A DNA stretch of 64,000 nt from Oligoflexales bacterium (GCA_965215515.1 OZ244057.1:1632001-1696000), one strand, 5' to 3'. Positions 10,214-19,357 are shown, numbered from the stretch's first letter. Translations and numbers: made by a program. Notes: generated by a model from the sequence alone, not told the origin.

Positions 10214-10520
10214 AAATCTTCCTCCGCATCTGTGCTGCTTGTGTTGGTTCTTGACCAGCCGAGAAAAAACCCGGCGATACATAGAAACGCAGCAAATGAG
10301 GCAAGAACTTCTCTGGCTTGCCGCGTTTGCCAAAGTAAAACACCGCAAGGATCAGTGCAGGGCAGCCAATCACCAACGGCAGCTCTAACACCGTGTCCCC
10401 GAAGAACAGGTTCATAATTGCGGCGAAGATCAAAGCTATCAGCAGATCGAGGGCTTCAATGCCCCCGACCTTAAACTTCGCATCTAAATTCCGCTGCACC
10501 TCTGAAGTGTAAACTTCCAT
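10206..10520 (-). CDS. VirB3-like small membrane protein
   Basis: Two TM segments; GKRGKPEKFLPH; immediately upstream of virB4. Confidence 0.65.
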   Translation of the reverse strand: MEVYTSEVQRNLDAKFKVGGIEALDLLIALIFAAIMNLFFGDTVLELPLVIGCPALILAVFYFGKRGKPEKFLPHLLRFYVSPGFFSAGQEPTQAAQMRRKIYE

Positions 10521-10810
10521 CACCCTACCGCCGCAGATTGAAACCAGCGAATTATTAAGGGAGCGAGAAAGCCAACCACACTAGCAATGATCACCAGCAC
10601 CATGCGTCGCTTCGCCCCTTCATCGCCGCTCATGGTGAGCATAGCGGCATAGAGCAAGCCAAGTATGGCCACAGCAGGCAAGACCACCGACATCAAATTG
10701 TCGGTGAACGAGCGAATTCTGCCCTCAAAACCACTTCCACCCCAGAACTGGGCGAGAGCTGTGTTAGAAATCCATGCGAGACAAACTACCCAGAGTTTTC
10801 TTGAAATCAT
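10520..10810 (-). CDS. VirB2/TrbC-like pilin
   Basis: Signal peptide (ALA-Q) followed by two hydrophobic helices separated by GDEGAKRR. Confidence 0.7.
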   Translation of the reverse strand: MISRKLWVVCLAWISNTALAQFWGGSGFEGRIRSFTDNLMSVVLPAVAILGLLYAAMLTMSGDEGAKRRMVLVIIASVVGFLAPLIIRWFQSAAVG

Positions 10811-11157
10811 TTATTTTTCAGATAAAGCACTAGAGTTTTGAATTTCGAGCCATAGCTGATGAACACACTGCCATCTGTATCTGCGTTTCTGTAGCCAGTT
10901 CCGACTAGCTGTCGTTTACGAAAACTACCATCTTTGTGTTTCAGCACCAGCTCCATGCGGTAGGTGACATGATCATCCTCGCTGGCATAGGGTTTGAGAA
11001 AATACTGCTTCTCGCTTGGTTCTTCGTCGATCTTTAGTAGATACTCGCCGTAGGTAGGGTTGTAGAAGCTAACGCCTGCGTGGTTGATACTGTCATCTCG
11101 CGGATCGAGCCAACCAAGAGTTAGCGTTTCGTGTTTGGTTACATCTTTGCTTTGCAT
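10807..11157 (-). CDS. Hypothetical beta-rich cytoplasmic protein
   Basis: GAGG RBS, ATG 11157; ATGA overlap with the pilin gene. Confidence 0.6.
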   Translation of the reverse strand: MQSKDVTKHETLTLGWLDPRDDSINHAGVSFYNPTYGEYLLKIDEEPSEKQYFLKPYASEDDHVTYRMELVLKHKDGSFRKRQLVGTGYRNADTDGSVFISYGSKFKTLVLYLKNK

Positions 11158-11222
11158 TTGATACCTCACTGTTAAGATTTAGAATGGACTTCCCCTTACA
11201 ATCTTCCCAGCGTAGATTTAGG

Positions 11223-11582
11223 TTATGCTGCCCTCCTTTCTACTGCTAACCTCCACAGGTCAAGGTAGATGTCTGTGTTGCCGTAAATGTCCCACTCCAG
11301 TTGAATTAGCCCTGCATTGCTACCACTCATGAGATGACCAACACCGACCTGCTTTAAACCTCTGACACGTGAGCTGCGATGATAGATCACATAATCGTTA
11401 TCTGCCCGTATGTCCTCTTCTGGTATGAGGATGTGGCTGTCAGGAGCGAAGCCGTTGATCAATAGCTTGTAAGTGATGAGTATTGGGTGACCATAGCCAA
11501 CGCTACGAACTTTCACTATCTGCCCACTCCTGCTTTTCCGTCCCTTGAACACATCGAGCATAGTCGTTGCCTCCCTCAACAT
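11223..11582 (-). CDS. Hypothetical beta-rich protein, weakly similar to 10807-11157
   Basis: ATG at 11582 overlaps the upstream TGA; QVGVGHL resembles QLVGTGY of its neighbour. Confidence 0.55.
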   Translation of the reverse strand: MLREATTMLDVFKGRKSRSGQIVKVRSVGYGHPILITYKLLINGFAPDSHILIPEEDIRADNDYVIYHRSSRVRGLKQVGVGHLMSGSNAGLIQLEWDIYGNTDIYLDLWRLAVERRAA

Positions 11583-11863
11583 CAGGCCGCCACCGCTATA
11601 GAGAAATGCGGCTGCTCTACGCACTCACGCTTGAGCTTGATCAGTGCATCCTTGATCGTCCTGTCCGCTTGTTCCCATGTAAGGCCGAGCGTCTTAGCCA
11701 CCTCGAAAATCGTGTAGTCGTGCCAAAACCGCAGCACAATTGCCTTCCTCTGTCTTGGCCGCAGTTTTCTCGACAACGAGCGAGCTTGGAGCGAGAAAGC
11801 GGCAAACAAGCCTCCATGAGCAAAGCGAATGGAGTGATTCTCAAATGAAAATTTTACTGTCAT
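11582..11863 (-). CDS. Sigma-70 region-4 HTH protein
   Basis: LRPRQRKAIVLRFWHDYTIFEVAKTLGLT...IKDALIKLK; GGAGG RBS. Confidence 0.8.
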   Translation of the reverse strand: MTVKFSFENHSIRFAHGGLFAAFSLQARSLSRKLRPRQRKAIVLRFWHDYTIFEVAKTLGLTWEQADRTIKDALIKLKRECVEQPHFSIAVAA

Positions 11864-11982
11864 GTAGCACCTCCAAAGTTGGCGATTAAAGAAAATTTCC
11901 CCTCCACTAAGGCAGAAAAAGACAACCTTTCGACAACCTCATGAACAAAAAATTCAATATTATCAGCAACTTTTCATCAACA

Positions 11983-12453
11983 TCAGCTGGCTAGCATTTG
12001 TTTAGCTGCCATGACCTGTCGCCTAAACGAACTGCTGGTAAAATTTGTTTTTATCTTTGCTAGAGCTATTTTCATGGTTTTACGCACCGCTTGTTTACTT
12101 ACCCCCATGCTTGCAGCTATTTCGGCAACTGTTTTGCTATCCCAGTAGTAACGTATAACCACGTCTCGCTGTTTAGGGGTAAGCTCACGAATGCAGGCAT
12201 CCAGCATAACCTTGAGGAGTGGGTAGCTCTGCTTTCTTGCCATAGAAAACGCCACGCTGATGTGTTGCTCCGTTGAAAAGGTATCCATTTCAGCAGGCGA
12301 AAGAACATCTTCCTCTCGCCTACCCACCTCCAGCGTAGAAAGGTATGCCTCCCACACACTTGGCGGCCATTGCTGGCCTTCCTTTCGGATTTTGGCATCG
12401 GATTTAATGCTACCGTCCTCGTTCAGCCATGGTTTCAGTTGTGAATTGTTCAT
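11983..12453 (-). CDS. Sigma-70 region-4 HTH protein (ICE activator-like)
   Basis: LTPKQRDVVIRYYWDSKTVAEIAASMGVSKQAVRKTMKIALAKIK. Confidence 0.8.
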   Translation of the reverse strand: MNNSQLKPWLNEDGSIKSDAKIRKEGQQWPPSVWEAYLSTLEVGRREEDVLSPAEMDTFSTEQHISVAFSMARKQSYPLLKVMLDACIRELTPKQRDVVIRYYWDSKTVAEIAASMGVSKQAVRKTMKIALAKIKTNFTSSSFRRQVMAAKQMLAS

Positions 12454-12556
12454 GCGGGGCCTCTCTCACAGTTGGTTGATCTGCCATTGCTGCCAACATT
12501 AGGCATTGGCTATAACTCCCACGCTGCAGTTGCCCCTTGGAATGCAGCTGTTGACA

Positions 12557-12574
12557 AGACTAAAATAATAGTCT
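12557..12574. promoter_or_regulatory. Palindromic operator AGACTA-N6-TAGTCT, copy 1
   Basis: AGACTAAAATAATAGTCT directly after TTGACA (12551-12556) in the divergent intergenic region; a near-identical copy is at 44331. Confidence 0.7.
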
Positions 12575-12671
12575 CTAATATAATTACTAGATTAATTTAT
12601 TTCTAGATCTTGGGCTTGTAAAGAATAAATTTTGTGGTTTGGTAAAAAATTTTTAGGGATGTTGAGAACTA

Positions 12672-13211
12672 ATGGATATGACAGCAGAATTTAGCGTTGG
12701 TCTTGGTCGCACCTTCAAGGCTGTGCGGGAGCGAGAGGACTTAACACAGAAGGAGTTAGCTACAGGCATGGGGGTTAGCGTGCAGCAGATCAAGCGTTAT
12801 GAGCAGGAGAATCTCGCTATGATCGGCTCACACGGTTTTTCTATCAGCATGCTGATCAAGCTTGCCGAGTATCTCAACACGCATCCTGCCACCTTGTTTG
12901 CTGAGATTATGTCGCACTCACGGATCGCACCACGTGATGATCGGACACGGGAATTGCGTAAGGTGCTGGCTGCTGTGGCTAGCGATAGCCTTGACGCACT
13001 GCTTGCTGCGAAGTCGAAACGAGAGAGAGTGCCGTTTGGCAACGTCGCTGTCTGGAATTTAGAGATGGCAGCCAACCTCGCCCGCCTCCCTGTTAAAGCA
13101 AGAGCGCGGGTCGGAATGGAGATACTACAAGCGTTAGTTGATAATGGCATTGTCTCCCGCAAGGAGGTTGATAGCCAGCAACGGCAGTTGTTTGAATTCT
13201 CGGTGGGTTAG
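12672..13211 (+). CDS. XRE-family HTH transcriptional regulator, copy 1
   Basis: AVREREDLTQKELATGMGVSVQQIKRYEQ; divergent from the T4SS operon. Confidence 0.88.
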   Translation: MDMTAEFSVGLGRTFKAVREREDLTQKELATGMGVSVQQIKRYEQENLAMIGSHGFSISMLIKLAEYLNTHPATLFAEIMSHSRIAPRDDRTRELRKVLAAVASDSLDALLAAKSKRERVPFGNVAVWNLEMAANLARLPVKARARVGMEILQALVDNGIVSRKEVDSQQRQLFEFSVG

Positions 13212-13330
13212 TGAGGATAATGTGCCCAACATAGTGCAAAAATAGAAATAAATCGGTATTTGGTGCTTAAAGTTAGCTCTTTCCAGAAGATATTACGTAT
13301 TTTTTCCTGATAAAGCCATATTTGTGTGCT

Positions 13331-13355
13331 AAAATACTTATAGGGTAAGTATTTT
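13331..13355. promoter_or_regulatory. Inverted repeat upstream of abiEi (probable autoregulatory operator)
   Basis: AAAATACTTA-TAGGG-TAAGTATTTT, perfect 10-bp arms. Confidence 0.6.
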
Positions 13356-13408
13356 GGGCAGAAAAATCAGCTTTTACTCGACTAAATACTTAGTAAACGG
13401 TAATTCAC

Positions 13409-14002
13409 ATGAACAGAGAAATCCACTCGGCACTATACCAAATAGCTAGTGAGCAGTGCGGACTATTTACTGCCCGACAAGCCATCGAAGCAGGTTTCAC
13501 TGCCAAAAATCACCTTTACTATGTCAAAGCTGGTTACTGGGAAAAGGAGCACAGGGGCATATATCGACTTAAAGATTTCCCCCTTGAGCAATCCTATGAA
13601 TACGTATTGTGGTCGTTGTGGTCGTGTAATAGAACTGGCAAAGTGCAAGGCGTGTTTGGCTTTGAAACAGCACTGAGTATTTACGAACTTTCTGACTTGT
13701 CGCCTGCAAAAATACATATGATTGTTCCCCAAAGCTTCAGAAAAAAAACAGCAATACCTAAGGTTCTCGTTCTCTACAACGAGAATCTCAAGTCCGAAGA
13801 TTGGCAAGATATGGGCGGTTACCGTGTAACAACTCCAACCAAAACTTTGTCAGATATAATTTTCTCACAGCGAATATCACGAGAGTTTGTTTGCCAAGCT
13901 ATCGAAGAAGGAATGGGAAGAGGACTTTATCCTATCAGTGAGTTGAGGAAATACGGCATTGCTAGCCTTACACAAGAGCTACTGGTGAAGCATGGTCGTT
14001 AA
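13409..14002 (+). CDS. Type IV TA antitoxin, AbiEi family
   Basis: EQCGLFTARQA...RGIYRL...ETALSIYEL...RVTTPTKTLSD. Confidence 0.85.
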   Translation: MNREIHSALYQIASEQCGLFTARQAIEAGFTAKNHLYYVKAGYWEKEHRGIYRLKDFPLEQSYEYVLWSLWSCNRTGKVQGVFGFETALSIYELSDLSPAKIHMIVPQSFRKKTAIPKVLVLYNENLKSEDWQDMGGYRVTTPTKTLSDIIFSQRISREFVCQAIEEGMGRGLYPISELRKYGIASLTQELLVKHGR

Positions 14003-14867
14003 AAAATACAGCACACCAAAATCTTTTCTAGATGCTATAAGTCACCGTCTTCGGCTCGTTTCAAGAGATGAGGGCTTGCCAGCAATCAGATTTCGCCGCA
14101 GCTTAGCATTCGACAGACTACTAGCAAGGATATTTCACACCAAAGAAACATCTTGGCTGCTTAAAGGTGGCTATGCCATGGAGTTGCGCATGGAAAATTC
14201 GAGAGCAACCAAGGATGTCGATCTCACCTTGTTTGAGAAAAGCCTGAGTGGGTTAATGGAAGAAAATCAGTATAATGCTATTCATCAAATCCTGACACGA
14301 GCAGCACTCCTTGATCTAGGAGACTATTTCAAATTTGAAATAGGAGAGGCTAAAAAGAATATCTTATCTCCTCCTTACGGTGGGGCTCGTTATCCTGTCA
14401 CTTCGATCATAGCAGATAAAACGTTTATAAAATTTCATGTTGATGTGGCGATAGGAGATCCAGCTATTGATCCTCCGTCACACTTAAAAAGTAGAAATTG
14501 GCTTGATTTTGCTGGAATTAAATGTCCAACATTTGTGGCTATTTCGGCAGAGCAGCAGTTTTCAGATAAGCTCTATACGTATACTATCCCACGCAAAGAT
14601 ACTCCTAACACACGTATGAAAGACCTTGTCGATTTAGTGATGCTGGTTCAAAGTGGAGAGCTTGAAAGAGATAGAGTTAAAACAGCACTGGAGACAAAGT
14701 TTGCCCACTATAAGACTCACAAGCTACCAGCCTCCTTGATACCTCCACCGTCAGAGTGGAAAACCTCATTTGCGCAGCTAGCCGCAGAATGCAAAATAGA
14801 AACAAATATCAACAAGGCTTTTGATTTAGTCGCGGAATTTTACACCAAGATTATACAGCACCAATAG
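13992..14867 (+). CDS. Type IV TA toxin, AbiEii nucleotidyltransferase
   Basis: WLLKGGYAMEL...RATKDVDL...NTRMKDLVDL; overlaps abiEi. Confidence 0.88.
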   Translation: MVVKKYSTPKSFLDAISHRLRLVSRDEGLPAIRFRRSLAFDRLLARIFHTKETSWLLKGGYAMELRMENSRATKDVDLTLFEKSLSGLMEENQYNAIHQILTRAALLDLGDYFKFEIGEAKKNILSPPYGGARYPVTSIIADKTFIKFHVDVAIGDPAIDPPSHLKSRNWLDFAGIKCPTFVAISAEQQFSDKLYTYTIPRKDTPNTRMKDLVDLVMLVQSGELERDRVKTALETKFAHYKTHKLPASLIPPPSEWKTSFAQLAAECKIETNINKAFDLVAEFYTKIIQHQ

Positions 14868-15104
14868 TCACTCCTGCTGTAAGTCATGCGGGAAATTTTC
14901 CACAAAACACCGAGTGCGGGGCATTGCGCCCCACCCCTACTCTACACGGTCTCACACACAGAGTTTTGTGCTGCTGTCCTATACATAAGAGACAAAATAA
15001 TAGTCCCTATGGGATATTTGAGAACACGATAATATTAACAGGCATTGCCCGTCAAACAAAATTTTCAAGAAAATGTTGAGATGGACAGAAGAAACTGCGG
15101 TCTG

Positions 15105-15647
15105 CTAGCACTTCTCTATCTGAAACAGAGTTGACATGCGCACGTAGCAACTATCACCTTTACTGTCATCTTCTTTGGCTGCCAACATCATCTTGGTAGC
15201 GGTGCGCACCATATCGAGGGCTTCTTGGGCTACGGTTAGGGGAATTTTGTTCGTGGTTATGTGCCCACCTTTTATCGTGCCGATACCCTCGTGCTGGGCG
15301 AGTTCTGATATATGTTTGGCTTTTAGGGCGGTAACCTTGAGTTTCTCTAGTTTTGACAGTTCACTGGAACACAGTTCTCCTCGCAGGGGGCGTAGCCCTG
15401 ACGGTGCGATCTCGTCCTCTACCACAACCCCATCATCTACAAAGGCTTGCCTGATTAGCTTGAACAGGCTGGAAGCAAGAGATTCACCAATAGTAGATAT
15501 TACCCCGTCTTCAAGCTCCTTACCGGCGGTGAGATTTGTCCAACATTCGGTTACTTCGACAGGATATTGCAGGAAGATGTGATGTGTGCGCGGTGCGCTC
15601 TCCTTTGTAACCACCAGTGGCTTGGTTTTGAGGGCTTGAGATGACAT
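15105..15647 (-). CDS. Hypothetical protein
   Basis: 180-aa ORF with GGAGG RBS; no recognisable motif. Confidence 0.55.
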   Translation of the reverse strand: MSSQALKTKPLVVTKESAPRTHHIFLQYPVEVTECWTNLTAGKELEDGVISTIGESLASSLFKLIRQAFVDDGVVVEDEIAPSGLRPLRGELCSSELSKLEKLKVTALKAKHISELAQHEGIGTIKGGHITTNKIPLTVAQEALDMVRTATKMMLAAKEDDSKGDSCYVRMSTLFQIEKC

Positions 15648-16120
15648 GACAGCCTCCGTAGTAATGTGTTAGCGATTGGCTCGGCAACGGCAAGCCCTGC
15701 CCCTCACATTTGCCACTAGGCTAGAATCGACTGTAGCAACAAGATTATACTCATGTCCAGCAGAAAGTTGTGTAAATTTTGTGCAGGCATAGACCCTGTC
15801 CTACAAGGATTTCAGAGGTAGGAGTCCTATCCGTAGTCCTAAAGGTAGCCCATGAGCAGATACCAGCAGAGGTAATAACGTTCTCAGGCAAGTATTGCAC
15901 AGACAAGCTTATCCTACCTCGAAAGATGATGCCTTGTGTTTATAGCTCGACTAAATATGAATTATCCATTGCGTCACAATCCATTTTTATAGGGTATATT
16001 ATTGCTGCTCTTTGTTTTTCTTTAAAACTATCTCCGCAGAAAATGTTAATCAAAAATTAATTAAGTTCAACCAAGTTCCGATGTTATGAGCAAGATCAAC
16101 ATATTGTTCATAGGTAGAAT

Positions 16121-17576
16121 ATGGCTCGAAGGACAAAAGAGTTACGTCTCACGCACCTTGAGGAGTTTTTGGACAAGGTCGATGCTTGCAAAGGGAAATT
16201 ATCCGCTAGGAAAAAAAGGGAGCTCGGCAAACATTTTCTTGAAGTCGTTATGGGACTTAAAGATGAGTTCGTTGCCTGTAAACGGGCAAAAGAATCGCCT
16301 GACTTTGAACCTCATAGTGAGGGGTCGTACTCGTGGGCGTTGTTTGTCACTGATAAAGAAGATTTGCAAGAAGAATATCACGACAGAGCTAACTCTTATC
16401 TACATCCTAATAAGGCCGGTGAAGAATTCCATGCTGTTATCATCAACCAATGATGCATGGATGGGCGGCATTAATGCATATATAAAGTGGCTGATACCTA
16501 GATTAAGGGAATGCTATAGGCTGCTAAAAGATAGTGGTGTTTTCTGTTTACACTTAGATCATCGTTCCTCTCACTACGCAAAAGTAGAGTTGGACAAAAT
16601 TTTTGGGCAGAACAACATGATTAACGAAATAATATGGCAACGAGATCCAGCTGGTAAGGGAGCGAAAAAGACCTCAAAACAATTTCCAAGAAATCATGAT
16701 ACGATACTGGTTTATGCAAAAACGCAAAAATTTGTATTTCGTCAACAGCATGTACCGTTGACTGATGAGCAGAAGAAAACGTTTTCACAGATAGAACCTA
16801 AGACAGGAAGAAAATTCAGAACTGCTCCCATCGGGGATTATTCAGAAACATCAATAGCAAAAATGAAGAAAAAGGGAATGATATACACTACAGGTGGTGG
16901 AAAGCTAAGGAAAAAGTACTACTTAGATAAGTATAAGAGTGCTGTTGGCTCTGTCTGGACAGATATTCTTGGTTTTGGAACAAGATCAGGAGCTAAAGAA
17001 AGGGTTAATTATCCAACACAGAAGCCATTAGCGTTACTTAATCGTCTTATAGAAGCATTTACAAGAGAGAATGATTTGGTTTTTGATGCCTTTTGTGGTT
17101 GTGGAACAACGATAAGTTCTGCACAGCAGCTTGGACGACGTTGGTTGGGGATTGATGTTAGCAAAGATGCCATAAATGTTATCAAAGAAAGGATGGTTCG
17201 TGATCACAAGTTGAGGATAGAAGTTATCCGAGATGATAGTCTATCCAAAGCTCAAGTTATGTCACTGTCTCCTTTTGAATTTGAAAAACATATGGTATCT
17301 CTTATTGGTGGGACACCAAATATTCAGCAAGGAAGAGATGGTGGTGTTGATGGGTACACACATGATCACATTCCCATACAAGTAAAGAAATCATACAGAG
17401 TCGGTAGACCTTTTATTGATGCTTTTCTCAAACACATACAAAAGCGTGGTGCTGGCATAGTAATAGCACATAGCTTCTCAAAAGATGCTCATGAAGAAGC
17501 TTATAGATTGGAAAATGAACATGGCTACACTGTTGATTTGATGTATACTCGCGATTTATTGCGAGACGCATCTTAA
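16121..17576 (+). pseudogene. Disrupted N6/N4 DNA methyltransferase with C-terminal Mrr-like nuclease domain
   Basis: Protein-like frame 16121-16453 switches near 16450 into the frame DAWMGG...RLLKDSG...YPTQKP...FDAFCGCGTT...DGGVDG...IQVKK; the expected catalytic DPP(F/Y) motif is absent. Confidence 0.7.
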
Positions 17577-17619
17577 CGCTTGAAGTCACGAAGCTTGCTA
17601 CATACTCACTGGGAAAACC

Positions 17620-18009
17620 TCAAACCAAAATATTTTTAGTGTAAACAATTCCCTTCCTTCCTAAAAAAGAAATAGGGGGATCGATAACTTTAACAATCTC
17701 AACTTGCCAGCCCCACTTTGGCTTGTCTTTCCATGCCCACAGTGAGTCTTTATCGACAAAGTGACGGTCATAATCAGCATAGAAAGACTTAATATTTTTG
17801 TATTTGAAGCACTTGGTAAACTTGATAGTGGCAGTAATACGAGACTTGAATTTACCCTGTGTACCGGGAGTTTCAATAAGTAGCATCTCCTTGTTTAGAT
17901 ATTGCTGAGGGATTGGGTAGAAACGTGTTTCGATAGATTTTTCTCCAGAGAGAATTTTTCTGGAGATAGGCCATTGAATGTTGATACCTGTGTAGGTTTT
18001 TTTAGTCAC
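17620..18009 (-). CDS. ASCH/PUA-like domain protein
   Basis: GINIQWPISRKILSGEKSIETR (ASCH GxKxxExR motif) and C-terminal GRKGIVY. Confidence 0.75.
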   Translation of the reverse strand: MTKKTYTGINIQWPISRKILSGEKSIETRFYPIPQQYLNKEMLLIETPGTQGKFKSRITATIKFTKCFKYKNIKSFYADYDRHFVDKDSLWAWKDKPKWGWQVEIVKVIDPPISFLGRKGIVYTKNILV

Positions 18010-19357
18010 GATGATTTAGAGGGCGGTGCAGTGTATCTTTGTTATGCGGCTTTAGGCACTTGTTGTTAGTGTGTTTCATCCTCACATCCCAATTGATGTC
18101 ACGAGCCGTTTTTGTTTTAGCAAACTTCTCGACGCGATCTATGGCATTGCAACAATCCTTCTTGTTAGACCACAGGTCTTGATCTTTCCAAAAATGACTT
18201 TCACCATTGCCGATGTAGCAGGTAGTAAACTGAATACCTCTCTGCACACACTTGGCATGGATACGCTCATAGTAGGCTCTGATCTCAGCATCACTATAGT
18301 GAAAATCACGGGATTTCTTCTCAGTAAAAATGGCTGCCTTTTTTGTATCGTCACGGTAAAACTCCCGTAAGTTGCGCCCAGAGGCTTTCTCTATCTGATT
18401 GAGGGAAAAGCTCGAAAGCCTTACTATACCCGCCAAAATAGCAGGTACACCATGATCAGCTATTTCATCGACCATCTCAAAGCTGGAGTAATTGAAAGGT
18501 GCAGGCATATTTTTGCGATCAAAGTTAGGATCAGTAAAGTATCCATCAGGATAGATGGGGAAGAACGGATTGAGTCTAACTGTCGTCCAAAAACCGCTAC
18601 GCACAAGTTTTTGTAAAGCTTTTAAACGTCGTTTAGCACTCGGTGCGCCCGGTTCAATTTGACGGTTCATCTCATCGTTGGTTGAAGCAATACTCATCTG
18701 CACCGAGCAAAGATCAGGCCGTAGTAGTTGCATATACTCATCTTGAGCAATCAAATCTGAACGCGTGAAGATGATATAAGGGTAATCGTAGTAACTGAGC
18801 ATTTTTAGCAGTTCTTGCGTAACTTTATATTTTTTGTCTATCACCATAAAGGAATCTGACATCGAACCAATGCGTAGCGGCACACGCATTTCTATCATCT
18901 CTCGCCATCGGGACTTTTTGTCGGTTTCAAGGGCATAGTAGAAGGTCTTCCAGATTTCGGTTATATCGACAGGCATAGGGAAAGGACGATTCCAGTAGGC
19001 ATGCACCGTTAGCTCAGCTTTGGCGTAGCAATAGACGCAGTTGTGAATACAACCTCGCCCATAGGTATCGACCTCAAAAGCATAGAGGCACTGCTGGCAG
19101 GTGTTATGGCTATTGACCAACTTAAAAGGGCTTTGGAACACCACTCCGCCTCGTGGCTGCCGGTCACCAAACCTAGTTTCCAGCCGTTTATAGATCTCAA
19201 AATCGAATGAGCACGGGTAGTTAGACAGCTTGTTGAGCTTTGCCGCTCGCTCAGCAATCCTATCAAACTTGGGAGTTGGAGGTGCAGGCTGTGGCGGCCT
19301 GTCCACATGAGGGAAGGGGATAACATTACTGACACTGCTGGGGGTAAGCGTATCCAT
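18002..19357 (-). CDS. Radical SAM protein, spore photoproduct lyase (SPL/SplB)-like
   Basis: DTYGRGCIHNCVYCYA (CxxxCxxC), RIGSMSDSF, IFTRSDL, IEPGAPSAKRRLKALQKL, VRLNPFFP; start uncertain (19357 or 19396). Confidence 0.85.
   Translation of the reverse strand: MDTLTPSSVSNVIPFPHVDRPPQPAPPTPKFDRIAERAAKLNKLSNYPCSFDFEIYKRLETRFGDRQPRGGVVFQSPFKLVNSHNTCQQCLYAFEVDTYGRGCIHNCVYCYAKAELTVHAYWNRPFPMPVDITEIWKTFYYALETDKKSRWREMIEMRVPLRIGSMSDSFMVIDKKYKVTQELLKMLSYYDYPYIIFTRSDLIAQDEYMQLLRPDLCSVQMSIASTNDEMNRQIEPGAPSAKRRLKALQKLVRSGFWTTVRLNPFFPIYPDGYFTDPNFDRKNMPAPFNYSSFEMVDEIADHGVPAILAGIVRLSSFSLNQIEKASGRNLREFYRDDTKKAAIFTEKKSRDFHYSDAEIRAYYERIHAKCVQRGIQFTTCYIGNGESHFWKDQDLWSNKKDCCNAIDRVEKFAKTKTARDINWDVRMKHTNNKCLKPHNKDTLHRPLNHRD

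Noticed and set aside
15779..16060. 93-aa ORF or possible ncRNA upstream of the MTase
   Set aside because: TTG start, no motifs; only short CCTAC/GTAGG pairings, too weak to support a structure.
16086..16450. N-terminal 120 aa of the 496-aa MTase ORF
   Set aside because: Composition looks non-coding; the overlapping 16121 frame is more protein-like, so this is treated as an artefact of the frame switch.
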